Assembly: GCA_965153455.1 (NCBI GenBank)
Contig: OZ234494.1
Location: 11,160,001-11,224,000 of the forward strand
Reading direction: 5' to 3'
Source: Sphagnum compactum
Taxonomy: Eukaryota
Length of the DNA stretch: 64,000 nt
Below the pieces are notes generated by a model. It was not told the DNA's origin, did no database searches, and saw only the letters and a program-made list of their open reading frames with translations. Below, one piece after another: positions 25,605-37,710 of this stretch (within the stretch, counting starts at the first letter, position 1; the number at the start of each line of letters is the position of its first letter). Made by a program: the position numbers and the translations under genes.

Positions 25605-28564
25605 CTGATGGATGATTCTATTCACACAAATACATTTACTTAAAACATATACAAATATAACAATATTTACATAATACCTTTAAATTTTCAATAATACAAG
25701 TTTTCTTCTAGTGTGCCAACCATAACCACATAGAGGTTTCATGCAAGCTTGATGATAATTGTTTATGGACATCTTCTTCAAAAAATTGGCTATGGTCGAC
25801 ATCGACCATAATGAAGATAATAACCCTTGTAAGGAGACATCTACGACATCCATCAAAAAGCACAATGAAACACCCAATTCTAACCAATTGCTAAATTATT
25901 CATAATAACATAATTATGATCAGTGCTAACTACTATTGAAATTAGACATCACTACAAATATTTACTCATAGATCAAACCTAAGGTCAATGTTGACCATTA
26001 GCAATCATATAAGTTATGCTTGGTGACATCCATATGAAAGCTTGATTTAAAATTTCAAGCATACAGATCAAGGTTATAATTGTTGTCGACAATAACCCAA
26101 ATCGATCCTATATATCGTTCACATATTGATCATAAATATTGTGCTTCCTCGTTTGAAATATCGTGGGTGTCTTCCATACCCAAGCTAAAATCTCTTGAAT
26201 AGATCGGTGTTATGGTCATTGCATACCATAGTTCAAATTGATCTTGTAAATCATTTTGAAAGAGGGATTGCAAAGAGCTCTAACATATCTTTGATTCCTA
26301 GCATAGTTGACGAATGCCGAAATTAGTTTTAGAGATTGGAGTTATGGTCGTTGCCGACCATAGCTCAAATCATTGTTATACGTCATTTCTTCATAGTTGA
26401 GACCATAGTCACAAAGGATCTCATAAATCTTTCTTTTACATCGAAGCCATGCTCACAAATCATTTTACAAAGGAGCAGTCGACACAAACCATAATTGTGT
26501 TCAAACCGATCGATATAAATATCAATTCTAAAAATCACTTCAAAAATCATACAACAAACTAACTCACCTATCTATTGACAACTGCGGTTCTTTGTACGCC
26601 TTTGTCAAGCTTTTCTCTCCTCGCAATTGTCTACAATTGAAAAAAGAGGACCTCAATGAACATCAAAATGCTTCGAATGAACATTGTAAGCAAACATGGA
26701 TCTTTCAACATTTCACTCAACCTTCCTACGAAGAACATGTTGAAACACTACAAGAAATGGAACATACATGTTCTATGTGATTACGTATACATACCTCTCC
26801 TCCTTTCTTGCCAATCGCTAGAGCCACTAACGTCTTCCATCTGCTCATCAATATCTCCTTGCACAATGAAAGTGGAAGAGATTGAAGGTTATGAAATGCA
26901 TGATCCGCTTTCTGTTAACCTCCCTAGACATTTTGACATCGCAGGTTCTATATCAATTTCTATACCCATGCTTCAACTAGCTCTTCATTGTGCTTCAAAG
27001 AAATTTGGGCTAGAAAATATTAAAATTGTTTTAATCCAAGAAAACTTTAGTCTCCCAAATAGTCTCCACATCTTTGTCATTGGGCTTATCGTCTCCCTCT
27101 ATGTTAATGTCGTCTTTTTTATAACACATTTGCTATCCTCTTATGACCTGTTTCTTGGAGGTCTCAGGTCATGACCCCCTTGTCATCCCCAATTGCTTTA
27201 GTTTATTCCTTGTTCCTCTCCTTATTTGGCAGCTTGTTCCTTATGGTTTCACATGTTGCCATTGATATGCATCTCTATTTCCAACTAGTCCAATTGCTTC
27301 CATGCTTCCTTGTCCTCCTCGTTTCTTTTCCTTCCGCCTTTTTCTCTAGAATGCATTGCATTATCAACATTGTAGTTGTTTTTGCAATCATACAACATGA
27401 TGGTGGAACTTTGAATTGTAGGAAACCTTATTATCTTATAAATTCCACATAATCTTATAGTTATCGTTGGATGTATGGTGTTTGCCATCAACGGCTGAAA
27501 AGATATATCTCCATTCACCCTTGGAAGATTATTACGGTTTTGCTCTTCGTGCATTGTTGAAATATGCTCAATTCATAAGGGGTTTTAAAATACAACTTCT
27601 AATATTAAAAATATAATTATAATTCATTGATTTATATCGTTTGGAAAATGAAGTTTAGATAAAATCTTTTTTTATCAACATGTGATTAGGAAAACTAACA
27701 TATGTCTACAAATTTTCCATTGAAACATTTGTTATTTCAAATAAATGGTTTTCCTTTCATTCACGCTTAGGAATATTTAGTGAAGTTTATATGATAAATT
27801 TTCCCATAGTCATTATTTAGTTGTGTTATCCATAAATGTGTTGCAATATCATTTTAATAATACGGTAAGACATCTTTTGAATGACGCGTCTTAGTGTCAC
27901 ATCATTTTCCAAATTAAAAGTGACAAGATACTATTGTTGGCAATTATTTATCATATCATTTTTGTCCCTTTTGGCCAGGTTTCATTCCCCTCATAAAATT
28001 TCAACGACCCTTGTATTGTTTTGATGTTTATATTATATTTATTGTATTGCTTCTTGAAATGTAGGTATTGTTTTGATTTTTGAAAGGCCATTATTGTATT
28101 GATTCTTGTCCAAAGTTGGTTTTTCAAGAATGTCAGTAATTATTTTTTGTTCTTTCATTTTGATTATTGTTTAGACGTCACATGTGAACGAATTAATTTC
28201 CTATGCTTATGTCTTGGAGTTAGGGCCAAAAAGCCTTGGGGCCAACTTTGAGGATTTTGGGGGTTCAAAATGGTCCCAAATTACTAATAAATGCTAAAAC
28301 ATTGACGAATTTTTTTAAAGAAACGCTAGGACATTTACCCCAAGGGTTGCAAATTGGCTGCCCAAATATTATGCTATCCTTTTTTCAGCCTTGGGGCTAG
28401 TATATGGCCGTAACTTTCAACATTTATTAGCACTTTGGTTAGACAATTTTATTATTATTATTATTATTTTAACCTCCACTCCATTTAAAAACCTTATAGG
28501 CGACATTCAACTTCTGCACAAATAGATTCAATGTTGGATTTGGGTTGAACTTTGGCCTTGACTC

Positions 28565-28958
28565 CTACCGTACCGCCGCGCTCGTTTCACACCACCCGGT
28601 GCGAAATATATAATTTTGGACGATTTTCATTTTCGCATTGACCCACAAATAATTAATTACAATGGTCTGTCATTTCACACTTCAATGGGTCTGCTGGAAT
28701 TGGGGCGGGCCGCGGCCCGCCGGCCGCCATTTCATTGAAACCAACTTTCTGGTGAGCCTGAGCGACTCAGAGTCACGTTCTGCTCAGGCTAAAGATCAGG
28801 GAAGCTCAGGCTTACCTTTTGCCTTTTCGCATTTACACCGTAGAATTAATTAATTTTGTTTGTTTCACATTTCGCACTTCCCCCCTCAGAATTTTTTTTT
28901 TTCACAGTACCCCTAAAATAATTAATATTGGTGTGAAACGAGCGCGGCGGTACGGTAG
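28565..28958. mobile_element. Foldback MITE with perfect 30-bp terminal inverted repeats
   Basis: CTACCGTACCGCCGCGCTCGTTTCACACCA (28565-28594) and its exact reverse complement (28929-28958). There is an internal 18-bp perfect palindrome at 28704-28721 and no coding capacity. Confidence 0.85.
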
Positions 28959-30215
28959 TGTAAAGTGGGCGTAATTGATGGTGTCTGTGGACAACAATCT
29001 TGAAGGCACCCATGTGATCCGCCCCCATTTCCAACGAGTAAAAATTTACGAACATTCTTGAAATCTTATCTACAATATATTAGGTTATAAATAGCCACCC
29101 TTGTGTTATAAGGGACATGTCATTCCATCTTTTCACACAAGTGATGATCCATTTGTAATTCTTGAGTCATGCAAATTTTGTTGCCCAAAACTAATTGGTT
29201 TTTAAAAATTTTGTGTAGACTTACACTAGATGCCCATCATTCATTCTCCATGTCTTCATCTTTTCACCTTTGTTTTGAATCGTTTTTTTTCCACATCCTT
29301 CATATTGCTTTTTATGTACCATAATTTTTTTGCCATAAATCAGGCATGCAACCTTTGTCCAATTTTACAAACACTTGAAATTCCAAAAATGGCTAAATGT
29401 TTTTTAGAAAAAAATTTAATGATAAGGGATTTTCCATTTTATTGTGCTCTACAAAGGTAGTGTGGTTTCAATGGATGCAATTTCTCATAATAAAATACAA
29501 TGGAAAAATGTTTCCTACATTGACATACCATCCATCCTACATGGTGCACAAGTGAGTGTTCATTCATTTTGGCCCTTCCTAGGCATGTCTTTACCTTCCC
29601 CTACCTTTTTGGAATGTAATATGATTTAATGGTGGGTTTGAAAAGGGGCACTACTACAATTCATGGTTTTTTCGACTGGGTTTTCTAGTAAAAAAATACC
29701 CAAAAGTGATAGGCATAAAAAAGACCACATGTTAATCAAGACAAGTCGTTTTGGCCATGTCCTACGTGATTGGGCAATCAAATTGGACCTTGTCATTTTG
29801 ATTGGCAAAGTGATTCACAAAATGATTGATTATTCAACTAGTAGATAATGGACCATTTGACTAAATCAATTTTATACCTAAATTAAAATCATTTGTTGGA
29901 TTATTATTTAAAAAATTAATAGGTAGGTAGGTAGGTAGTAAAAAGGTTTAGGTAGCTTGAAAACATGCATTTAGGTAAGAAGGTGTTAGCTTAACCTAAT
30001 TTAACCTAACTAACCTAACCTCACCAAGCTACTTTAGTCTAACCTACATACTTTAGCCTTCTAAGCATGCACATAGGTTGTAAGTATAAGGAATTAAACC
30101 CCAAACCTTCCCAATGATAAACCAAGTGCTTATGAATGCATTACACCATCAAAGGTGTTCAACTTTTATCAAGTTTTTTATTTTACATATTTATGCCACG
30201 TCATTAAACATAATG

Positions 30216-30449
30216 GCTAAACCTAAGTGACAACTAGTGGCTAAATTCAATGACTTAAATCAATGATTAAATTTAGTGGTTAAACTCAACGATTTAAACT
30301 AGTGGCTAAATTCACCAACTTAAAACTAACGGCTAAACCTAGTGGTCAAATTCAGCGATTTAAACTAATGGTTAAATCTAGTGGCTAAATTCATTGACTT
30401 AAACTAATGGTTAATTTTAGTGGCTAAACTCAACGACTTAAACTAATGG
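30216..30449. repeat. Degenerate ~12-13-bp minisatellite
   Basis: Alternating units CTAGTGGCTAAA(T), TCAACGACTTAAA and CTAATGGTTAAA lie immediately upstream of the truncated MTPSL copy. Confidence 0.85.
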
Positions 30450-30587
30450 GGTCCAAATTTTTTAATGTGTACCACTGAGGACAAAAAGGATTTAGTCCCT
30501 AATGGAGTCCTTTTTTGTCCTATATTTTGATCCCCATTATAATAAATGAGTCAAAATGTGTCATATTATTTATAAGTACCATATGTT

Positions 30588-31441
30588 TGTTACAACAAAT
30601 GTAGTTTCTTGGAACAATGATATTTGGTCATTTCCAAAGGTGATAATTTTGTTCACCAATCTATTCAATGCAATTAATATCCTTGCTCTCGATAAAAAAT
30701 CACATGTAAAAAAATGTTGCCTAAAATGGTTTAATTTGAATAATGCCTTTAAATGGTATTGTTATAACAAGATCATGTTAGTAATAACATATGGCCCAAG
30801 GTATATAGAAAATTTAAAGACCATGTTATAACTTGTTTAGTTAGGATTAACCTTAATATTTTTCATATAATTCCATAAGTGACAAGGAATTTATAGCCCT
30901 ATGACAAGTTTATTATACCAAATACATTTGAAATAGGAAAATGTTAGAAAATAAATGAGCTTACAATCACAATAACATTTGGTAAACACTCTTGAAATTG
31001 TGGGAACAAATGATATTTACATTGTTCCATTGTATATACTTTATAAATAGAATTAATAAAAAATTCATGAGTTCTAAATGGAATCCAAGGTCCTAGACAT
31101 CTTTAATTTCTTAACATTTAAGTACTAATTAATGTGGAAAACAATTGAATCCACAATAGGAATTGGTAGCTGGAGAAATGGCAAATTTGATGTTTTTGAT
31201 CAGCAAAGAAAAAGGGTGTTCCTACAACAAGGCTGCAGAGATTGTGACTGAAATGGTGGTGGATAAGTGCAAAGAGATGCGACTTGTAGCTACAGAATTA
31301 AAGGAATATTGCAAAATCCATGAATTAACAACTATGCAAAAAACTACAATTGATCATTACATCTCATGTTGCAACCATTGGATCAGTGCAACACATATGT
31401 TTCATTCCCAAAGTTCTCGGTTCCAAGTGGTGCATCCATAA
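30588..31441 (+). pseudogene. 5'-truncated second MTPSL copy (end of exon 3, intron 3, intact exon 4)
   Basis: NVVSWNNDIWSFPK ends at 30639 followed by GT. The intron aligns to 24819-25323. The acceptor AG precedes 31160, then ELVAGEMANLMFLISKEKGCSYNKAAEIV...HYISCCNHWISATHMFHSQSSRFQVVHP* runs open to 31441. Homology to copy 1 continues to about 31520. No exon 1 or 2 was found upstream. Confidence 0.85.
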
Positions 31442-33467
31442 ATGATGGATGATTTTTTCCACACAAATACATGTACTTAAAACACATACAAATATAACAA
31501 TTAGTTACATAATACTTTTTTTGCTTAAGATTTTCACAATAAAGCAAAGTTGTAAATGTAAAAAGAAATCTTTCCAAGGAAGCTTTGGACTAATTTGATT
31601 TCCAAACATAGATTAATAAAAAATGGGAATTTATTAGATGGTTGAAAATGCAAGTAGGACTATTCAAGTAAATTTCTTTATTTGGACTGATTACACTTGT
31701 CCAAAGCTTATTATTTGTGAGCAAATTGAAGTGGATATACATGTTGCTGTGAATGAGTTTTGAATTAAGTAATCCAAGTTGTAAGGAAAATTGGGAACCC
31801 ACATTTAGGTCCACTTTCCATGGTTAACTATTGATGTTTCTTTTGGTGACCTTACATGATCAATTAGAACTAAAAATTTTCAAATTTTTCCCAAACAAAT
31901 TTTTTTCATCAAATCATTTTAAATTTTTGTTTGACATGGGGTTCTTTTTCCACAAAATGATTTGCGTTGGCAACAATATGTTACAAGCAAACTTAATTTG
32001 CAAATTGCACAATTAAATCATTAGTGAATAATCTATCTTATATTTCCTATTTGTTGTAGCTAATAATGATAAGCAAAGTCATTTGCCATACATTAGCAAA
32101 AGAATGTGTGGTCTACAATTTTAAATTCAATTAATACAAAGTAATTGCAACAACACAATCTAAGGTTTTAAAACCTAGACTTAAGACCTTTATCTAGAAC
32201 CTTATAATACCTGATATTGATGTTGAGGTTGGTATAAGACCAGTACAAGGTTAGATATTAACCCAGGTCCTTACCATGGTATAGGTATAAGACTGGTATT
32301 GCCTCAGCTCATTCAAAACCTTTGCTTCTTTTGTCTGTTGCTGAAGGAGTTTGTTGTGTTTGCTTGCTGGGTGGTTGCAGTAGTCTAAAGAGAGAATGGC
32401 TATGGCAATGGGTGTGTCCAAAGCAGGTGATTCAGCCTGTGGGGCTGATGAGTAGTGCAGCAAAGGAGGAGGCCTGGAGCTGGGTGGAGGAAAGAGAAGA
32501 AAGAGCTCAAGACCCCACCGTCTCTCTTTCTTTTGATGATCACAAGTGATGATTTTCTTGCGGAACACATTTAATGTCTTGTCTTCCCTTTCTTGCAGTC
32601 TAGAATAATTTACGTCTGGTCAGCTGCACAAGCTCTCATGTTGGTGAGCTGGTTTTTGGGCTGAGGTCATACATGGGGAGTTGCTGCTAATTAATTACTG
32701 CTGCTAGCTGCTGCTCCTGTTGCTCATGTTGTTGCATGCAGGACACAGGACCTGGGGATAGTACCATTGAAGCTGCCTGCAGATCAGCTAGTGAATAGTA
32801 GTAGTAATAATAATAATGGGTCTAGAGGAAGAAGTCGAGAATTTGGAATCAAAGAACTGGTTCCACTACTAGTTCCAGCCATTTGGAGAAAAAATCAGAA
32901 TAAAAGAACCACTACTGGTTCTGGGTATTTCAAAAGCCTCCAAGAACTGCTGGGAATACCTGGAACGGGCAGTTCCTTGATTCTGATCGAGGGAGAGAGG
33001 GGATATACCCAGAACCGGTGGTTATTAAAATAAATCAAATCAAAGGATCGCCCCCACACTGTTTTTTGAGCTATAAACATCATTCTGAAACGAAGACTAT
33101 TCTCCACAAGGACTGTTTTATGGATTTTGTTTTTGTAAATTGTTTCCAGAAATTAAATTGCACAAAGGTCGTTTACTGGAAAGTTGCAGCTTGTTTTGGG
33201 TACATTTGTTTCCAGAAGAGATTTTGAGCAAAATATGCCGTTTTTAGTTTTTTGCAATGGTATCTCTTCCAAGTTTTTTTCTTGAAACAAAATTTCAAGT
33301 TGATGATTCTTAGATTTTGCTCGTGTTCTTGGTCAAGATTCTTTTGCTCTCAATGTAAGCTTTATAGTATAATGGGTTGGTCTGCCAACTAGATGGTTGC
33401 TGAGACGATGCTGATGTTAATCAGTTGTATTTGAGAATCGTAAGCAAAATTTGTGGGAGCAAGTTAT

Positions 33468-33593
33468 CCCTTAAACGTCAAGGCAAACCAATTTGGTCCA
33501 CTTTTCAGTGTGTTTTTTTTTTTTTTTTGTCTTCCTCTGACCCTTAAACATCAGGACAAACCACTTTGGTCTGCTTTCCTTGACGTTTAAGGA
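33468..33593. mobile_element. 126-bp MITE with piggyBac-like ends
   Basis: TTAT-CCCTTAAACGTCAAGG ... CCTTGACGTTTAAGGA-TTAA gives a 15-bp perfect inverted repeat. An internal second copy of the left end starts at 33541. Confidence 0.6.
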
Positions 33594-35829
33594 TTAATTG
33601 CGGAGAATTTGATTCCCAAGGATGTGCCCTTGCGAGCTTTAGTAGTATGCAATGTGAATAAATCAAGGAGAATCAAGCAATTGAAAATAGCTGAGGTATT
33701 ATGTAGCATTATAATTAGTGTTTATATTTTTGCAAATTTTGTTGTTTCTTGGAATTTTTTATGTTTTTCTACTGCCAATTCGACTAATTTTGCTAATTCT
33801 TATGGAAAATTTTCCAAAATTTCAATACCAAAAAAAAAAATTTAATTTTTGAAGAAAAAAAAAAACCCCATATGTTACCTTAAACACCTTCTAATATTTA
33901 TTCTCCATGCAATTTTTGGCTTGTCTTTTAACTTTGCATATTAACTTTGCATGTCTTTTATTTATCAATTCAAGGTTTTCCATTTTTGTTGCAGATGGAA
34001 ATTAATATCAAACTTTGGGTTATATATAATAATAATAATAATAATAAATTTAAAAAAGATTAAGAGACATTTTTTTGGCTGCAGTAATGTGGTTGTTTGC
34101 TCAATTGGAGCTCAAGGCTAATAATCAAGGCAATGTAACAAAGGTCTGGTTATTATTCATCCTTCTACTGCAACTTAATACATTAGAGAGAGTGGGCAGG
34201 GTTTGGCCAATTCCAGTTCCTAGCAAGCCCATGACCTGGCCTGGTAGGTAGGGTTAGGCACTCATCACAAAATTGGAAAAAATGAAAAGAAAAAGAAAAT
34301 TAAAATAAACTGGTTTGTTTATTAATAACATAAATATTATGAACCCATTTTTCTATTTTTAATTTACAGATGGATTTTTTTGGGGATTGGATGTGCAGTT
34401 TGTGTTCATTACAGCAATTGGTGTGTGTGTGTCAGATCTAGTGGAATGATATGCAGCACCTTCACAGTCTTGAATGGATGGATGGATGGATGAATATTGG
34501 ATGAGAGTACAATTTTTAGTTTGTGTATTGTTCAAACCTCATGTTGACTGTTCCATAAGAGAGTTGGTTCAAGAGGAATAAACTTCGTTAAGTCTTAACA
34601 TTTTTATTCATCATTTCCATGAGGGACAAAATTAGAGTTTTTTTTTTTTTTTTTTTTTGGGAAGAGAAGGCGCATCGATTAAAGAAAAACTACTGTGTCA
34701 GAATTGGACAGCTTTAAATTCAATTTGCAAATTGATTAAAAATCCATTTTGGGTAATAATTTTGTTGCTAAAAGTCATTTTAAAAACTAATTTTGCTGCT
34801 TAAAAATAAGTTCATTGTTTGGGTAGCAAATTTGTTGCTCAGATTCAACTTCATTTTTGGCAGTACTTTTGTTAAACAACTGATCCATCAACCCATTCAT
34901 CTTTGTTTTTGAAAGATTTTTTTCACAGTTTTTGGAAAATTCTGCATTTTTGGTGAGGAAAAAAAAATGAGGAAAAAGAAAAAAAGAAAAAAAACCCGCA
35001 TCTTTATTGTCTAACAAAATAGCAGTCTGTATTTACTAATATTTATGCATGTAACTTGATTTGAATGGGTGGTGGGATTTTGACTCATGCAATTTGCAGA
35101 AGTTTGTGCAACTGCACTTGTAGCTCCAAAATCATTGTGTTTGGAACAGTGGGGAATGTTTTCGGACAAAAAAAGAAAAAAGAAAAAAAGTGTAAGTTAA
35201 CTAAATATTCTTTTTGTTTGGGGGCAAAAATCACCAAAATTTCAATATTACAAAATTGAAAAAAAAATTAAAAAATTAAAAAAGTACAATATTATGTATT
35301 TTAGTTCCATATATTTACACATTGCTAAACAAAACTATTCAACAATTTTTTTTATAGCTCACAATTTTAATATTGTTGGTTATGAATCAATAGTGTTTTA
35401 CATACCCTTCCCCCTCTCCCCATGTGTATATTGTGATATCAATAAAGTTCACCAATGTTGCAATTTGTTGGGGGAGGGAGGGGGGAGTACAATGGTAGTT
35501 TGAAGTTTGTACATTCTTGAATTTGGAGGGCTAGCTAGGTGCATCTTGATAACAAAATTACTACTCTCATCAATAAATCTCCCATGTGATCCAAAGTGCA
35601 CTCATTTGAATAGTCCCATAAGTACACCATAGTAGTACCTTGGCAGCTTTTGATCCTATTTAACTATATTATTTTCAGAAAGCTTAAAATTTTCAAAAAA
35701 AAATTGTTGTTTTTTCAAACAACAAAATTTTGTGGAGGCAAACATTTGAATCTTCAGAGAATTTTTTATTTATTTGTCAAAATCTCAAATTTCAAATTAC
35801 CTATGGTCTTTTTTTCCTTTTTTGGTTGT

Positions 35830-35830
35830 T

Positions 35831-35875
<45 letters not shown>
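35830..35875. repeat. Compound (TA)n(TG)n microsatellite
   Basis: tatatata... is followed directly by tgtgtg... Confidence 0.95.
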
Positions 35876-35877
<2 letters not shown>

Positions 35878-36833
35878 ATTTTGCATTTGATTTGTTTTTT
35901 AAAAATTAATTATTAATGGTTTATTGTTGTTTTTGTGGTTGTTGTGTAGGGCTAATTATACAACAATGTTTTTTTTAAATTACATTATACATTGCATTAA
36001 ATTTACATTACACAACACAATCGACCTTGAATCATAAACCCACATCACTTATTTGTTTTGAATAGATTATTTTGGCTTGTAAATGTTTGCATCACGTTCT
36101 TTTAAATGTGCATAACACCAACAATATATTTGGTTATTTTTGTAAGACATTTTCTTGCTTGAATTTTCTCCATCATTAGCCTTGCAAAAAATTTATGTGA
36201 AAAATGGAAAGGTCAAGTGAAAATAAAAATCAAGGAATGAAAAAAAATGAAGAAGTAATAATATTCATAATTGAAATTGAAAAATGTAAGGGTGGGTTGT
36301 AATTCACTTTCTAATTTAATAAAAGTGATTGAATTTGATGTGAGCTTTGAGGAAAAGGTAGAGAAATATGAGGGGGAATTTGAAAGAAATGAAAATTTGG
36401 ACTTGTAATTTTTATCTTAATGGATTACTAGATTGAAATTGTTGTATTCTATTATTCAAAAGGCTTAAATATTTGTCAGAAATTATGTTGCAAACTAATA
36501 TTGAAATGCAACATTAGATATATATTTAGTTTTTAATATCCTTACATGATATATTAAATTAAAAAATTATAATTATAAAAAACTGAAATTAATGGATATT
36601 GATAAATTGGATAACTAAAACTGGCAGATATTGAAAAAATTTAATATCTACCCGAAATTGGTTCAAATCAATGTTGGCTAAATCTGGGTTTAGATCTGAA
36701 TTTGGGTCTAAGAATTCAACCCAATGGTTATACATAGACTCGAACTTGGCCTTAGAATTAAACCCAACAAGTTTTGGTGAATCTATACCTAATTACGAAC
36801 CACACTTGGTGGGTCTTAAAGGTTTTTTTTACA

Positions 36834-37008
36834 GGGTTTAGGTTTTTAAGGTTTTGGAGGGGCTATGGTCTTAGGTTTAGATAATGTTTAGGGTTTAGTT
36901 TTTAAGGTTATGGAGGGGCTATGGTCTTAGGTTTAGATAATGTTTAGGGTTTAGTTTTTAAGGTTATGTAGGGGCTATGGTCGTAGGTTTAGATAATGTT
37001 TAAGGTTT
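36834..37008. repeat. 56-bp tandem repeat, about 3 copies, containing TTTAGGG
   Basis: GGGGCTATGG recurs at 36859, 36915 and 36971 with near-identical intervening sequence. Confidence 0.92.
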
Positions 37009-37710
37009 CTAAGTTTTATTTAGTTTCCTTTTTTAGGTTGGTATTAGGTTATACTTGGTTGGTACATTTTTCAATACCAATACTCATGCTAATACTATAT
37101 GCTTAGGTTGCACACTATATATGTGCATAACACCAATATACCTTTGATTAATCACTCTCAAAGCATCAAAATAATCTAATTATACTTGTGACTATGGTTT
37201 GCAAAAATCAAATAATTGATTAAAACAAATCTATACTAAACAACCTATTTCTTTTATGTGAAATTTATAAATGACGTTTTTTTTTTCTATTGTCATAAGA
37301 TTCTCTTTAGACCATTTTAGTTGGCCACATTATGAGGAAAAAAACATGAAATCAACATTTAGACATTAGGTTCTCATAGGCCACAAAAACATAACCAAGT
37401 TTTTAAAAATGTTTATTATCCTTTTTGACCTATAGCCAAATTTGGCTCTCCTTTTGTGGATGGATGGTTGCCATTGTGGCTACATGTAATACACACACAA
37501 AACAAACTAATTTTGATTGCTAATTCTTTGAAAATTTTCAAAAAAACTAAAGGTTATAAAAAATTCAAGGAACCATCTAATTCTTGTTCAAACTTCCAAA
37601 CTTCCTTTTATCTAAAAATCATATAATTGTTGTTAATTCTTTGTAGATTTCAATGAAAGTAATAACTATTATTTATAAGAAAACATATCAAATTAAAATA
37701 AACAATAAAC

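Noticed and set aside
25791-26362. Palindromic repeats with unique spacers, superficially CRISPR-like
   Set aside because: The context is eukaryotic, spacing is irregular (about 95-190 bp), the repeats are diverged and there are no cas genes.
26592-27554. Several overlapping 60-170-aa ORFs between the MTPSL copies
   Set aside because: No recognisable motifs on either strand. They are probably decayed TE interior, but I cannot assign a family.
23339-31441. Functional MTPSL made by splicing copy 1 exons 1-3 to the intact exon 4 of copy 2
   Set aside because: Copy 1 already has a frameshift in exon 1, a stop in exon 2 and a frameshift in exon 3.
32768-32789. TGAAGCTGCCTGCAGATCAGCT resembles miR167 (UGAAGCUGCCAGCAUGAUCU)
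   Set aside because: It has a substitution, a deletion and a divergent 3' end, and I found no convincing complementary star arm nearby.
36834-37008. TTTAGGG-containing repeat as an interstitial telomere
   Set aside because: Only isolated telomere-like heptamers occur inside a 56-bp unit; there is no (TTTAGGG)n array.
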